Below, one piece after another: positions 30,244 through 39,847 of a stretch of 64,000 nucleotides of DNA. The notes under the pieces are model-generated. The model was not told the DNA's origin. It saw nothing but the letters and a program-made list of their open reading frames with translations, and searched no databases. The translations under genes were made by a program, and so were the position numbers. The DNA is from Bacteroidales bacterium (GTDB lineage Bacteria > Bacteroidota > Bacteroidia > Bacteroidales > VadinHA17), in the NCBI GenBank assembly GCA_963676175.2, contig CAXXWV010000003.1, positions 9,239 through 73,238 of the forward strand. The letters run 5' to 3'. Each line of letters starts with the position of its first letter. The stretch's first letter is position 1.

Positions 30244-31338
30244 ATGAAGAAAATAATCGCACATATTATCATATGGCTGATACTAACGTTTTTCCTGTTC
30301 TTTCCCATATCGCTGTTTCTTCCGGCAGGGCTGTCGCTGGTTCGCTCATTGACGGGAACCGGGCTGATGGCGCTTACCTTTTACCTGTCGGGTTACGGGC
30401 TTGCCAATTGGCTGCTCATCAGGCGGTGGCGACCTGTTGTATTTGCGATGGCTGCCCTTTTGCTGGTGTTTGTTTTGGCGGTCTTCCGGACAAAAATGCT
30501 AGGCTTAATTCCCGGAAATATTGCTTTGTCGGGTCAGTTTTCGCCTGATTTGCTTGATCGCCACGAAAACCTGACGCATGGGAAAAATCTTTGGCTGTTT
30601 AACCGGATTGGCGCCGGTCGCGCCCCTTTTCTGCCCGGCTTGCTCATGAATGCCGTCATTCTTACTATTGCCACCTTGTACAGGATGTACGAAAGCAAAG
30701 CTCAAAAAGAGCAGGAAAGCAGTGAAGAGTTGCAACGTTCGCAGGAAGCTCAAATTCTATATCTGAAATCGCAGGTAAATCCACATTTTCTGTTCAATAC
30801 ACTCAATAATTTGTATGGGCTGACCTATTCCAAATCGGACCTGGCCCCGCAAATGGTGCTTGGCCTTTCGGAAACGATGCGCTACCTGATTTACGAAACG
30901 GAACAAAAACTAGTGCCGCTCGAAAAAGAACTTCACTTTATCCAAAATTACCTTAATCTGGAAAAGATGCGCATTTCGTATCCCGAAAACGTTCGCGTAA
31001 CGATTCGGGTTCTCCGGCCATCAGCCTTTATTCCCCCTCTACTGCTCCTTCCGTTTATCGAAAACTGTTTCAAGCATGGGAATATTGGTAAAGAAGAGGA
31101 GGGTTGGATGGAAATTGACATATCGGATGGAAACGGAAACATGTATTTTGTTTGCAAAAACAGTTACAGCAACGCTCTGGAAAAACCATCCGCATCTACA
31201 GGAATCGGGCTATCTAACGTAAAAAAACGGCTCGATTTAATTTTTACTGAAAACTACGAACTTCAAACAGTGAAACAGGACGGGGAATACATGGTTTCGC
31301 TCCAGGTTCCGGTGTTCCAGAAAAGAGACAAGCTATGA
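30244..31338 (+). CDS. LytS/YehU-type sensor histidine kinase (His_kinase + HATPase_c)
   Basis: Trimmed to the ATG at 30244. Several N-terminal TM helices, then NPHFLFNTLNNL (the His_kinase family signature) and an ATPase domain. It overlaps the downstream regulator by 4 nt. Confidence 0.85.
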   Translation: MKKIIAHIIIWLILTFFLFFPISLFLPAGLSLVRSLTGTGLMALTFYLSGYGLANWLLIRRWRPVVFAMAALLLVFVLAVFRTKMLGLIPGNIALSGQFSPDLLDRHENLTHGKNLWLFNRIGAGRAPFLPGLLMNAVILTIATLYRMYESKAQKEQESSEELQRSQEAQILYLKSQVNPHFLFNTLNNLYGLTYSKSDLAPQMVLGLSETMRYLIYETEQKLVPLEKELHFIQNYLNLEKMRISYPENVRVTIRVLRPSAFIPPLLLLPFIENCFKHGNIGKEEEGWMEIDISDGNGNMYFVCKNSYSNALEKPSASTGIGLSNVKKRLDLIFTENYELQTVKQDGEYMVSLQVPVFQKRDKL

Positions 31339-32072
31339 TACAAAAGATAAAATGTATAATTGTTGACGACGAACCCATTGCCCGCCAGTATTTGAGCGAT
31401 TATGCAGCACGTATACCCCAACTGGAACTGCTTGCTGCGTTTGGCCGGGCCGTTGATGCTTACGGGTTGATTGAAACTGGTGAGATGGAACTGGTTTTTC
31501 TCGACATCCAGATGCCGGGGCTGACCGGCATCGAATTTATACGTACTTTGCAGAAGAAACCAGCTATTGTGCTGACAACGGCCTACTCGGAGTATGCGCT
31601 TGAAGGTTATGAACTTGACGTTACCGATTACCTGCTGAAACCTATTTCGTTCGAACGTTTTGCGAGATCGGTAACCAAAGTCATTTCGCAATTGGCCATT
31701 TCAGCCGGAAAACCCGAACCAATTGCTCCGGAATCTACTGAAATTCCACCTGTTTCGCGCGATTTTATTTTTGTAAAATCGGGATACAAATCCGTAAAAG
31801 TCAACATCAGCGATATTTTGTATGTGGAAGGAATGAAAGAATATGTGGTGATTTACACCAAAACAAAAAAATACACGAAACTAGACCGGATGAAAAACAT
31901 AGAAAACCTGCTGAAAGACCAGGGATTTATGCGCATCCACAAATCGTACATCGTTTCGATTAAAAACATTGATGCTGTCTTTGGGAACACCGTTGAAACT
32001 AATGGTGTTCAGTTGCCCATTGGCCGCAGCTTTAAAGACGACCTGAATGCCATGCTGGGAGTGAACGAGTGA
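31335..32072 (+). CDS. LytTR-family response regulator
   Basis: 245 aa. Receiver domain (IIVDDE...FLDIQMPG) and a C-terminal LytTR domain (..RIHKSYIVS..). Confidence 0.9.
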   Translation: MIQKIKCIIVDDEPIARQYLSDYAARIPQLELLAAFGRAVDAYGLIETGEMELVFLDIQMPGLTGIEFIRTLQKKPAIVLTTAYSEYALEGYELDVTDYLLKPISFERFARSVTKVISQLAISAGKPEPIAPESTEIPPVSRDFIFVKSGYKSVKVNISDILYVEGMKEYVVIYTKTKKYTKLDRMKNIENLLKDQGFMRIHKSYIVSIKNIDAVFGNTVETNGVQLPIGRSFKDDLNAMLGVNE

Positions 32073-32380
32073 TTTTTCTGAAAGAATACTATTATAGGGA
32101 ATCATTTTAAGAAAATTTGGATAATTCATTTTTTTCAGGAAAAAGTAACTGGGGAATCGCCATCCTTTTTACCGTTTTACTTCCATTTTTCAATTTCATC
32201 CTTAACAGCACCGGGTTGGAACCAATATTTGACGTATGTTCTTCACTGGGTCCGTTACTTTTCTGTTTCTCCTGATTGTCTGGCTTGTTAATTTATCGCT
32301 TTATTCAGCAGAAAATTTGCCGAGTAATGACCTGAAGAAGTGAAAAGCGCAAGAAGTTGGGTTTAAGAATGTTCGAACAC

Positions 32381-32403
32381 AAAAAAGCCTCTCATTGAGA
32401 GGT
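32381..32403 (-). terminator. Candidate intrinsic terminator on the minus strand (downstream of the AraC gene)
   Basis: Stem CCTCTC/GAGAGG with a 3-nt loop. The plus-strand A-run 32381-32386 becomes a U-run on the minus-strand transcript. Confidence 0.45.
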
Positions 32404-32425
32404 TTACACGGTAAATGGTTTAAAG

Positions 32426-32524
32426 TGTGAATCCAAGCAGAGAGGTGTTGAATTTATAATTGAAGATTTTGAGGCTGTGGCAAAGTTTATGAACGCAGAG
32501 TCACGTAAGAAAAACCTCCGGTAA
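32426..32524 (+). repeat. Gene-fragment repeat, copy 2 (CESKQRGVEFIIEDFEAVAKFMNAESRKKNLR-stop)
   Basis: Codon-phased similarity to 27935..28021. The frame is open only from 32399 and has no start codon. Confidence 0.5.
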
Positions 32525-32532
32525 TAGTACGC

Positions 32533-33341
32533 TCAGCTTTGTTTTAACAAATGTGTCGGCGAATAACCAAACTGCTTTTTAAACGCATAAGAAAAATGCG
32601 AAAGGTTCTCAAATCCAACTTCATAACAAACATCAATTGGTTTCTTTTTCTTTTCAATAAACTGGTAATGCGCCAGTTCTAATCGTTTCTGAGTGAGCCA
32701 CCTTTGAGGAGTGGTGCTAACGCTTTACTAAAATCGCGTTTAAAAGTGGTCAGGCTCCGGCCCGTCAGATAGCTAAATTTATGCAAAGGTAAATTGAACA
32801 TGAAATTTCGCTCCATATAACTGACCAAGTCAACTTTCCCCGGCTCTTCAAAGTTGGCCAGCACCTGATCGATGCTTTTGTCAATCGATCGGAGTATGCT
32901 AATGGCTTCCGTAATTTTCAGATTGGCAATATTTTCTGGAAGGTTATTCATTTCAAAATACGGAATTAAGGACGAAAGACAACTTTCGAGCAAAGGATGA
33001 TTATTGAAGCAAAGAATTTTCGGTGAAGCAAACGCTTGAATTTGTACATCCGGTTTGGCATAAAAATCCCGCAGTCTCTCGGTGGACAAATGCATGACCA
33101 CTGTTTTATGAGGCTCACCGTCTTTGGGATAATTGATGATCGTTGCCAATTGATTCCTGGGAATCAGAAAAATATCCCCCTTTTTAAAGAAATAGGTGGC
33201 ATCGGCCTGCACAATCTTTGTTTCGCCCGAAATAAACCAGACTAGCATATGATGTTCAAAAAGGATGTCAGATTTAAAAAACTTGTCCTCGTAGCAGGAA
33301 AGTTTAATATCATCAGTAATGTATATTGCTTTATAATCCAT
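32533..33341 (-). pseudogene. AraC-family transcriptional regulator interrupted by a frameshift near 32690-32710
   Basis: The listed ORF 32679..33383 (cupin-like N-terminal half, likely start MDYKAIY at 33341) ends prematurely. The next frame continues with STTPQRWLTQKRLELAHYQFIEKKKKPIDVCYEVGFENLSHFSYAFKKQFGYSPTHLLKQS, a classic AraC HTH. Confidence 0.7.
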
Positions 33342-33402
33342 CTGCTTTCTTTTTAATATCAGCAAACTAAAAACCGGTATCACAAAAATAAATATTTAGC
33401 CA

Positions 33403-34398
33403 TCAATCAACATCGAATACGATGCTGGTCATTTCTTCGCTCAATTTCCACAGCCGTTTTGCATGGTTTTCGTCCAGCGAATACGATTTTATTCCAGCCG
33501 AAAAAGTTTGTTTGTACTTGATTTCAGCAACTTCCACATCTTCGCAGTAAACACCTCCGAGATTATGAAGCAATGGACTTGTTGCAGCCCAAACGGTTGT
33601 TGCAGCTCCTTGCGGAATTGTTTTTAGCGATGCTGCAACTTCCGGTTTAATGTTTCCTGCTTTGTCGTAGAATCCCATTTTCTGAAATAGTTCTACCGAA
33701 GCTTCTCTTCCTAGCTCTGTACCATGTATAGGACCCGGATGCAACGAAAAAGTTCTTACCTTGTGAGCTTTGCCCTGGTTATCCAACTCTATAGAAAACA
33801 GGTTAACAGCGGTTTTCGATTGCCCGTAAGCTTGCAATGTTTCATATTCGCGGTGTAGGAAATTAGGATCTTCGAAATTGAAATGAGCAAATTGATGCCC
33901 CTGCGAAGAAACATTAATAACTCTTGCCCCGTCGGCTTTTTTTAGAGCTGGCCACAACCGTGCCGTAAGCTGGAACTGTGCCAAGTAATTCGTAGCCAAT
34001 TGCGATTCAATACCCCGTTTGTCGCGGCGCAGTGGCACCCACATAATTCCGGCATTGTTGATCAGCAGATGGAGCGGTCTGCCGGACATCAGGAATTTCT
34101 GGGCAAAAGCATCAATGGAGTCCGGATCCATTAAATCCATCTGATCAATTTCTACATTGGCAATGCCTGCCAAATTTCTCTTTGCTTTTTCAATGTCCCT
34201 TGCTGGTACAATAACCATAGCGCCTGCGGCTGCAAGCGTTTTGGTGGTTTCCAACCCAATGCCTGTATTTCCTCCGGTTACAATAGCGATTTTACCTGTA
34301 AGATCAATGCCTTTAATGACATCACTTGTTGTCGATTTGGCGTTAAACCCGGAACCTATCGGTTTCTGCAACGCTCCCTGGTTGTTATTTTGTCTCAT
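33403..34398 (-). CDS. Short-chain dehydrogenase/reductase (SDR) family oxidoreductase
   Basis: Trimmed to the Met at 34398. Rossmann motif TGGNTGIG, NNAG, and catalytic YxxxK context (YGQSK). Confidence 0.85.
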   Translation of the reverse strand: MRQNNNQGALQKPIGSGFNAKSTTSDVIKGIDLTGKIAIVTGGNTGIGLETTKTLAAAGAMVIVPARDIEKAKRNLAGIANVEIDQMDLMDPDSIDAFAQKFLMSGRPLHLLINNAGIMWVPLRRDKRGIESQLATNYLAQFQLTARLWPALKKADGARVINVSSQGHQFAHFNFEDPNFLHREYETLQAYGQSKTAVNLFSIELDNQGKAHKVRTFSLHPGPIHGTELGREASVELFQKMGFYDKAGNIKPEVAASLKTIPQGAATTVWAATSPLLHNLGGVYCEDVEVAEIKYKQTFSAGIKSYSLDENHAKRLWKLSEEMTSIVFDVD

Positions 34399-34677
34399 CG
34401 CTTTCAAATATTTAATTGTTTTGATAAAACAAAGATACCAGCAACCTAAAGGAGCAACTTTGTTCAAAAGTCTGAAATGGTTTTGTTCAAACGTCCGGTT
34501 TTTGCATGCTTAGTTAAAAAGTGCCTAAATTCCAACGGAGAAAGATTCGTCTTTGCTCTGAATAGTTAACTAAAAAATTCCTTTTCTCTTTTGCTACCAC
34601 TGTATAGCTGAATGAATTATTTGCATGGAATTTCAAATGATACCACCTTCATGAGAACAAGAAAATTTAAAATAGAA

Positions 34678-36243
34678 TTACATCAGTAAATTCCTTACTT
34701 TAAGCAAAATACTTATCATCTCCTGCTTTTGTCCATAGTCAACCTGTGTTTGATCAATCATGCTGATGATATAATCAATTTGAGCTAATGTTTCGTTGTT
34801 TGATGACTTTATCCTCTCCTGTTCAAGGTTATACACAAAGTTGGTGGATTCAATGTTTATCTTTAATAATTTAGGAAGTAGTTTTATTAATTTTAGAGAT
34901 TTATTTATCTCAATCAATGGGTTGGATTTAACCAACGCATAAAACAATTCTACTATATTATCCTTTTCTTTATATCTGTAGTGAACTGAACATTCTCTTA
35001 ACTGCTTATTATTGATTCCATTATCTGAGGCTAATCCCTTTAACTCATGCTCTATTTCATTTAATGAATCTATTAAATCTTGATTTTTTGAATCATTTAA
35101 AGTAGACGAGATATTTCTATGCCAAAATGACTTAATATGATCATCCTCAGAATATCCATAGAGATGCTTGAATCCTTCAAATACAATAATATTAATACGC
35201 CTAAGATTTAATTGCTTTTCGAAATAATATTCTGAACTTAAATACGCTCTTAAAGCACAGGCCAAGTCCAGATAAATAAAGGATATATGAATACCTGGAA
35301 AAACTGATAAAACTAATGGTTGAAGTTTTTCAACAAACGTCTTATCTATTTGGAGTTTTTCTTGAACAACTTCCGGCATCTCGCAATGTGAGACAACGAT
35401 CTCCAGATGTCCAGCAAAATTTACTAATCTCTCGTCAAGTTCATTAAATAGTTTGTTGTTCGTGTCAGGGAAATAATTGATTCTTTCCCACATATCTATA
35501 CCGTAATCATTAGTTGAGCAAAAGATAGGTATTTGATATTTTCGAATATACTTACCTGTGAAGAGGGTTATGTCATCTAATATCTTTAGAAAGCCACTTG
35601 CTCTTCTTGTCTCAAATTCTTCACTTATTTGTGATAAAAGATTATAGACTTTTATAGGATCTGGATCATAGTGAATGGACAAGTTTCTTTTGTTTCTGTC
35701 TTCTTGCTGTGCATAGTTAATTTCGAATTCCTTTGCCCATTTCTCTATATCAACAATGTCTTTGATTAACTCTTCATCATATAATTGTTCCGCTAATTTT
35801 TTAACTATTTCCCAGAGAGCATTAGTCTTATCTTGTCCAAAACCAAATAAATAACTGTATCCTTCAAATGTTATTACGTTCACATACTTTAAATTACAAC
35901 GCTTTTCCGGATTAGAAGAAGACCTGATGTTAGCCCTCAGAAATGTACTTATATCAAGATTTGTGATCAGAGAAAATTCATGTAGTTTCAGAAGTAATTT
36001 CCAAAGTTTAAAAACTTCGGGATTCTCGGACTCTTCATCATTTAATGGTTCTAAACTTTCAAGGGAGCTATTACAGTTGCAGAGTTGAGGAATAAATGAT
36101 GGAAAGTTAATTCCCATATTTTCATACAGCATTTGTTTAGTCTCTTTTGATGCAGGTTTTTGAGTCATTTTTTCCTTTGGTTTGATAAATGTATCAATTG
36201 TTCTAAATGTACCCATCAACCTGTCACCAAAATTCTCAGTCAA
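34678..36243 (-). CDS. Hypothetical 521-aa protein with an internal two-fold repeat, no recognised domain
   Basis: Long ORF in AT-rich DNA. Residues about 96-203 and 325-436 align with each other (LD..LRA...EK..NL...N.I.FEG...L.G...D.....W ... S.HY). Confidence 0.6.
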   Translation of the reverse strand: MTENFGDRLMGTFRTIDTFIKPKEKMTQKPASKETKQMLYENMGINFPSFIPQLCNCNSSLESLEPLNDEESENPEVFKLWKLLLKLHEFSLITNLDISTFLRANIRSSSNPEKRCNLKYVNVITFEGYSYLFGFGQDKTNALWEIVKKLAEQLYDEELIKDIVDIEKWAKEFEINYAQQEDRNKRNLSIHYDPDPIKVYNLLSQISEEFETRRASGFLKILDDITLFTGKYIRKYQIPIFCSTNDYGIDMWERINYFPDTNNKLFNELDERLVNFAGHLEIVVSHCEMPEVVQEKLQIDKTFVEKLQPLVLSVFPGIHISFIYLDLACALRAYLSSEYYFEKQLNLRRINIIVFEGFKHLYGYSEDDHIKSFWHRNISSTLNDSKNQDLIDSLNEIEHELKGLASDNGINNKQLRECSVHYRYKEKDNIVELFYALVKSNPLIEINKSLKLIKLLPKLLKINIESTNFVYNLEQERIKSSNNETLAQIDYIISMIDQTQVDYGQKQEMISILLKVRNLLM

Positions 36244-36261
36244 TCACAACAGTTATTAATT

Positions 36262-36661
36262 TTAAATGTGATAATTATGAGAATATTGTTCCTCTAATCG
36301 CCATCTTTCGTTCTTATCCCAAAAAGAATTGAAGCATTCAATCAGGTTACGAAGTTCATTTTTAATTCGTTCAATCGGAATATCTTCCAACGGGTTTATT
36401 TCAAGTGTCAAAATCATGTCTTTTGGTCACTTCATATTTTCCTGAGGCATAGCTTTCTTGTAAACAACAAAGCCCAGCAATATTTTCTTCTTGTTTACCC
36501 ACAAGAGACTGATAGTGAGATTTGTGTATGTAAAAAGGTATTTGGTATTTTCTTGAATGCACAATTAGTGGATCAACCGTCATGATGATCGATTTCAGCG
36601 TAAACAAACAGGCTTTTGTATTTTCGTTTTGTTTGTCATAGTAATGTTCCAGCTGCCACAA
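36262..36661 (-). pseudogene. DUF1801/YdhG-like gene disrupted by frameshift(s)
   Basis: The listed 86-aa ORF (N-terminal part ...KACLFTLKSIIMTVDPLIVHSRKYQIPFYI) is followed in another frame by a 51-codon ORF that I translated (MILTLEINPLEDIPIERIKNELRNLIE...). Together they resemble one small DUF1801-type protein. Family from recollection. Confidence 0.4.
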
Positions 36662-36706
36662 AGGGGATATTAATACCAGTACTTGATATTTTATTATCAG
36701 ATTGAT

Positions 36707-37318
36707 TTATCTCTTAATTACATCCGCCCCAACAGAATCCGATGGTGATATTACGCTATCCAACAACTTATCCGGACTAATTACTTTGTTTGTATCCCGT
36801 AAAATATCAGGATTGGCATTGGTCTGACGGGTTGGTATCATATCAGGGCCGTTAGTTTCATTTCTTGAAGAGTTGACATAAATTAAGACAAGTGATATTA
36901 GAATCACAAAAAATAGACTGACAATCCAGTAAATATTCTTTTTACTATTTTCAGAAATAGTAGCTTTCTCGTTTAAAGGCACTGTTACCTCTTCTACTTC
37001 TTTAGTAATAAAAGCATGAAGGATATAGCCCTTTTTCGGAATAGTTTCAATAATTTTCTTTTCCCTGTCGACGAGAAGCTTTCTTAAAAAAGATACTGCC
37101 TGATTCAAACCTTCATCCGCCCCTCCATAATCATTCCAGATTTCTTTTATGAGTTTTTCACGGGCTACCAGTTGATTTTCATTAGCAGCCAAAAAGCATA
37201 GCACATCCATTAACCTTGGTTCAAGTCTTAACTCCTGATTTGTTTCTTTATCCTTAAAATAATTCAGGGTTGGATCAACTAAAAACCTGTTATTTATTAT
37301 AAACGGTACTTTTTTCAT
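36707..37318 (-). CDS. Membrane-anchored winged-helix (OmpR/PhoB-type, ToxR/CadC-like) transcriptional regulator
   Basis: Trimmed to the Met at 37318. Trans_reg_C-like region (LEPRLMDVLCFLAANENQLVAREKLIKEIW....LNQAVSFLRKLL...IETIPKKGYIL), one TM helix (IYWIVSLFFVILISLVLIYV) and a short C-terminal tail. No receiver domain. Confidence 0.7.
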   Translation of the reverse strand: MKKVPFIINNRFLVDPTLNYFKDKETNQELRLEPRLMDVLCFLAANENQLVAREKLIKEIWNDYGGADEGLNQAVSFLRKLLVDREKKIIETIPKKGYILHAFITKEVEEVTVPLNEKATISENSKKNIYWIVSLFFVILISLVLIYVNSSRNETNGPDMIPTRQTNANPDILRDTNKVISPDKLLDSVISPSDSVGADVIKR

Positions 37319-37475
37319 CGCTAAATATTTTAAGACCGCTAAAATAAGCAATTCATTATTCTTTAATTTTTTATAAGAAAAAATAAAGGATTTAAATAGC
37401 TTTTCTAAAGAATTTCTTTATGTATTTAAAGCAGACCGGCCAATACTTTTGGTGGGAACGTTAAAATAAAAAATC

Positions 37476-38033
37476 ATGAGAAAAGTAAAATTATCTGGCC
37501 TGATATTTATTCTTTTCAGCGCCAGCCTGGGAAAACACGTATGTGTTTTTGGTCAGCAAAGTAGCTTCGAATTTCAAAAACAATCTACAGAAGTTAAAAT
37601 TCAAGATTTGCAAACAGCAAATAACGAAAATTACCTGAACACTGTCACAACAAAAGATACCGATGGTAAAACATATAAATTGGTAATCATTGGAGATTTG
37701 TTACCCAAATTTTATGTGAATGGCAATCTAATATCTCGTGGTGAGTTAGCACAGTATAGCAGTGTTATAGAAAAAATGACGCCTGTTTTATGGCAACGTC
37801 AAAAACAGGCAGACGAAGAAAAGAACGCTCTTTTTGAAAAAAATATTAAGGCAATCGTAGATGAATTAATTCAGAAAGGGCTTTTTAAGAATGCAGCAGA
37901 CATTAGATCAATTCGTTTAACGGAAAATGTATTCACGGTAAATGATATAAACCTCTCGTTTGAAGTATTCAGTTACTTCAAGAAGAAATATATCAAATCG
38001 TCAGATGAAGAATTTTATTTCAACAAACAGTAA
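37476..38033 (+). CDS. Secreted hypothetical protein
   Basis: 185 aa with a signal peptide. Divergent from the ToxR-like regulator, and 23 nt upstream of the serine hydrolase gene. Confidence 0.5.
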   Translation: MRKVKLSGLIFILFSASLGKHVCVFGQQSSFEFQKQSTEVKIQDLQTANNENYLNTVTTKDTDGKTYKLVIIGDLLPKFYVNGNLISRGELAQYSSVIEKMTPVLWQRQKQADEEKNALFEKNIKAIVDELIQKGLFKNAADIRSIRLTENVFTVNDINLSFEVFSYFKKKYIKSSDEEFYFNKQ

Positions 38034-38056
38034 AATTAATTTTAAAAAATACGATA

Positions 38057-39547
38057 ATGAAAAAATACTTAATCATAACAGCAACCCTGATTATCCTAAG
38101 CCAATTTATTCCCCACGGCTTACAAGCTCAACAAACAAATAAATATTCCAAAGAGGTTTTGGAAAAGATCAAGCAGTTTGAAAACAATCTTATTTCATGG
38201 GTAAAGTTAGACAGTAGCCAAAACTGGAATATTTATGATCGGATGAAAGAATATGATAACGCAGGAATCAGCATTGCAGTCATCCATAATTATAAAATTG
38301 AGTGGGTTAAATCTTATGGTTTGGCCGATAAATCAGAAAATCGACCTGTCACTAATCAGACACTGTTTCAAGCTGCCTCAATCGGAAAGTCCATAAATGG
38401 ATTTGGCATCATGAAACTGGTGCAGCAAAAAAAAGTGGTGCTAAACCGGGATATAAATGATTACCTGAAAACCTGGGAATTTCCATATGATACCATTTCC
38501 AAAGGGGAAAAAATTACTCTGGCACAACTATTAAGCCATACAGCCGGATTATCGGTACATGGATTTGATGGTTATAAATGGAACGACAGCTTGCCAACTG
38601 TCATTCAAAGCTTAAATGGTGAAAAGCCTGCCAACAATCCCGCAGTCCGTTCAATATTTGAACCGGAGTTAAAGTTCGAATATTCGGGTGGGGGAAATAT
38701 GATTTCACAATTAATGCTGGAGGATATTACAAACAAATCCCATATTCATTATATGAAAGAAAATGTATTTGAACCGCTACATATGAATAACACATTTTAT
38801 GCTGCCCAACCCTATCCCAAATACAAGAACCAGCTTGCAACCGCCTATCGCTTTGATGGCAAAGATATTGGCTGCAAATATCATATTTATCCTGAACATT
38901 GCGGAGCAGCCCTATGGACTACCGCAGAAGACCTGGCTAAATTTATTATTGAAATCCAATTATCATTAAAAGGCAAATCCAATAAGATACTGAATCCTGA
39001 AATGACGAAACTCATGCTTACACCGCATCTGCAAACTTCGAATTCAGCCCTGGGATTCTTTATTGACAAAAAGGGGAATGACTATTATTTTCAGCATAGT
39101 GGATGGAATGAAGGGTTTTGCAGTCAATATTATGGGTCTATGGAAGGAGGAAATGGCGTAGTAGTACTATTGAATTCTGAAAAGATGGATTTTAGGGAAG
39201 AGTTAATAAATAGTGTTGCAACAGTTTATGGCTGGAAAGATTTTTATCCTTTTGTTACAAAAAGAGTTGTATCTGTTGCCGACTCAATCAAAGACAAATA
39301 TATAGGAATATATCAATTTGAAAATTCAGATACGAAGGCCATGATTGTTAAGGAAAACGGTAAATTGTATTTACAGATCGCCAATGCACCGTCAAAATGG
39401 AATATTTATTTCACTTCACTTAAAGAATTTTTTATGTTGGAGGCTAAATGGGTGAATCAGGAGTTTTTTACAAACGAAAATGGTAATGTAAAAGGTTTTT
39501 ATATTTTGAGCGACAATTCGAAGATAACAGTAAATAAAATTGAATAA
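38057..39547 (+). CDS. Beta-lactamase-family serine hydrolase (class C / esterase-like) with C-terminal extra domain
   Basis: 496 aa. Signal peptide, SxxK motif in FQAASIGKS, and a YSGGG region. Confidence 0.8.
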   Translation: MKKYLIITATLIILSQFIPHGLQAQQTNKYSKEVLEKIKQFENNLISWVKLDSSQNWNIYDRMKEYDNAGISIAVIHNYKIEWVKSYGLADKSENRPVTNQTLFQAASIGKSINGFGIMKLVQQKKVVLNRDINDYLKTWEFPYDTISKGEKITLAQLLSHTAGLSVHGFDGYKWNDSLPTVIQSLNGEKPANNPAVRSIFEPELKFEYSGGGNMISQLMLEDITNKSHIHYMKENVFEPLHMNNTFYAAQPYPKYKNQLATAYRFDGKDIGCKYHIYPEHCGAALWTTAEDLAKFIIEIQLSLKGKSNKILNPEMTKLMLTPHLQTSNSALGFFIDKKGNDYYFQHSGWNEGFCSQYYGSMEGGNGVVVLLNSEKMDFREELINSVATVYGWKDFYPFVTKRVVSVADSIKDKYIGIYQFENSDTKAMIVKENGKLYLQIANAPSKWNIYFTSLKEFFMLEAKWVNQEFFTNENGNVKGFYILSDNSKITVNKIE

Positions 39548-39571
39548 ATCCCAAATATTGCAATGGCTTGA

Positions 39572-39847
39572 CACATAACTGCGGATAAAAGCCTCTATTT
39601 TAAGAGCAATCCGATTTATCATGCAAAGAAAGTGAATGCCCAGGTTTTACTGTAGTCGGGAAAGGAAGATCAAAATGTAATAGCTGACCAAACGATGGCT
39701 TTTTACAACTCCCTTCGAAGGAACGGAAAAGATGTCGTTGCCCAGTTTTACAAAGGCGAGAACCGCAGGCTTGAACTTGCTCACCCTAAAAACACGGGTT
39801 TACCTTTGACACCAAACAGCAACACCGGGCGGAAAGGCCTGATTTAA
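39572..39847 (+). pseudogene. C-terminal remnant of an S9-peptidase/alpha-beta-hydrolase-like gene with an in-frame stop
   Basis: My own translation gives ..SNPIYHAKKVNAQVLL-stop-SGKEDQNVIADQTMAFYNSLRRNGKDVVAQFYKGENRRL.. This resembles the PvLLihGxxDxxV...Y..L...G..v....Y.ge.H C-terminal block. No upstream body or start codon. Confidence 0.45.
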
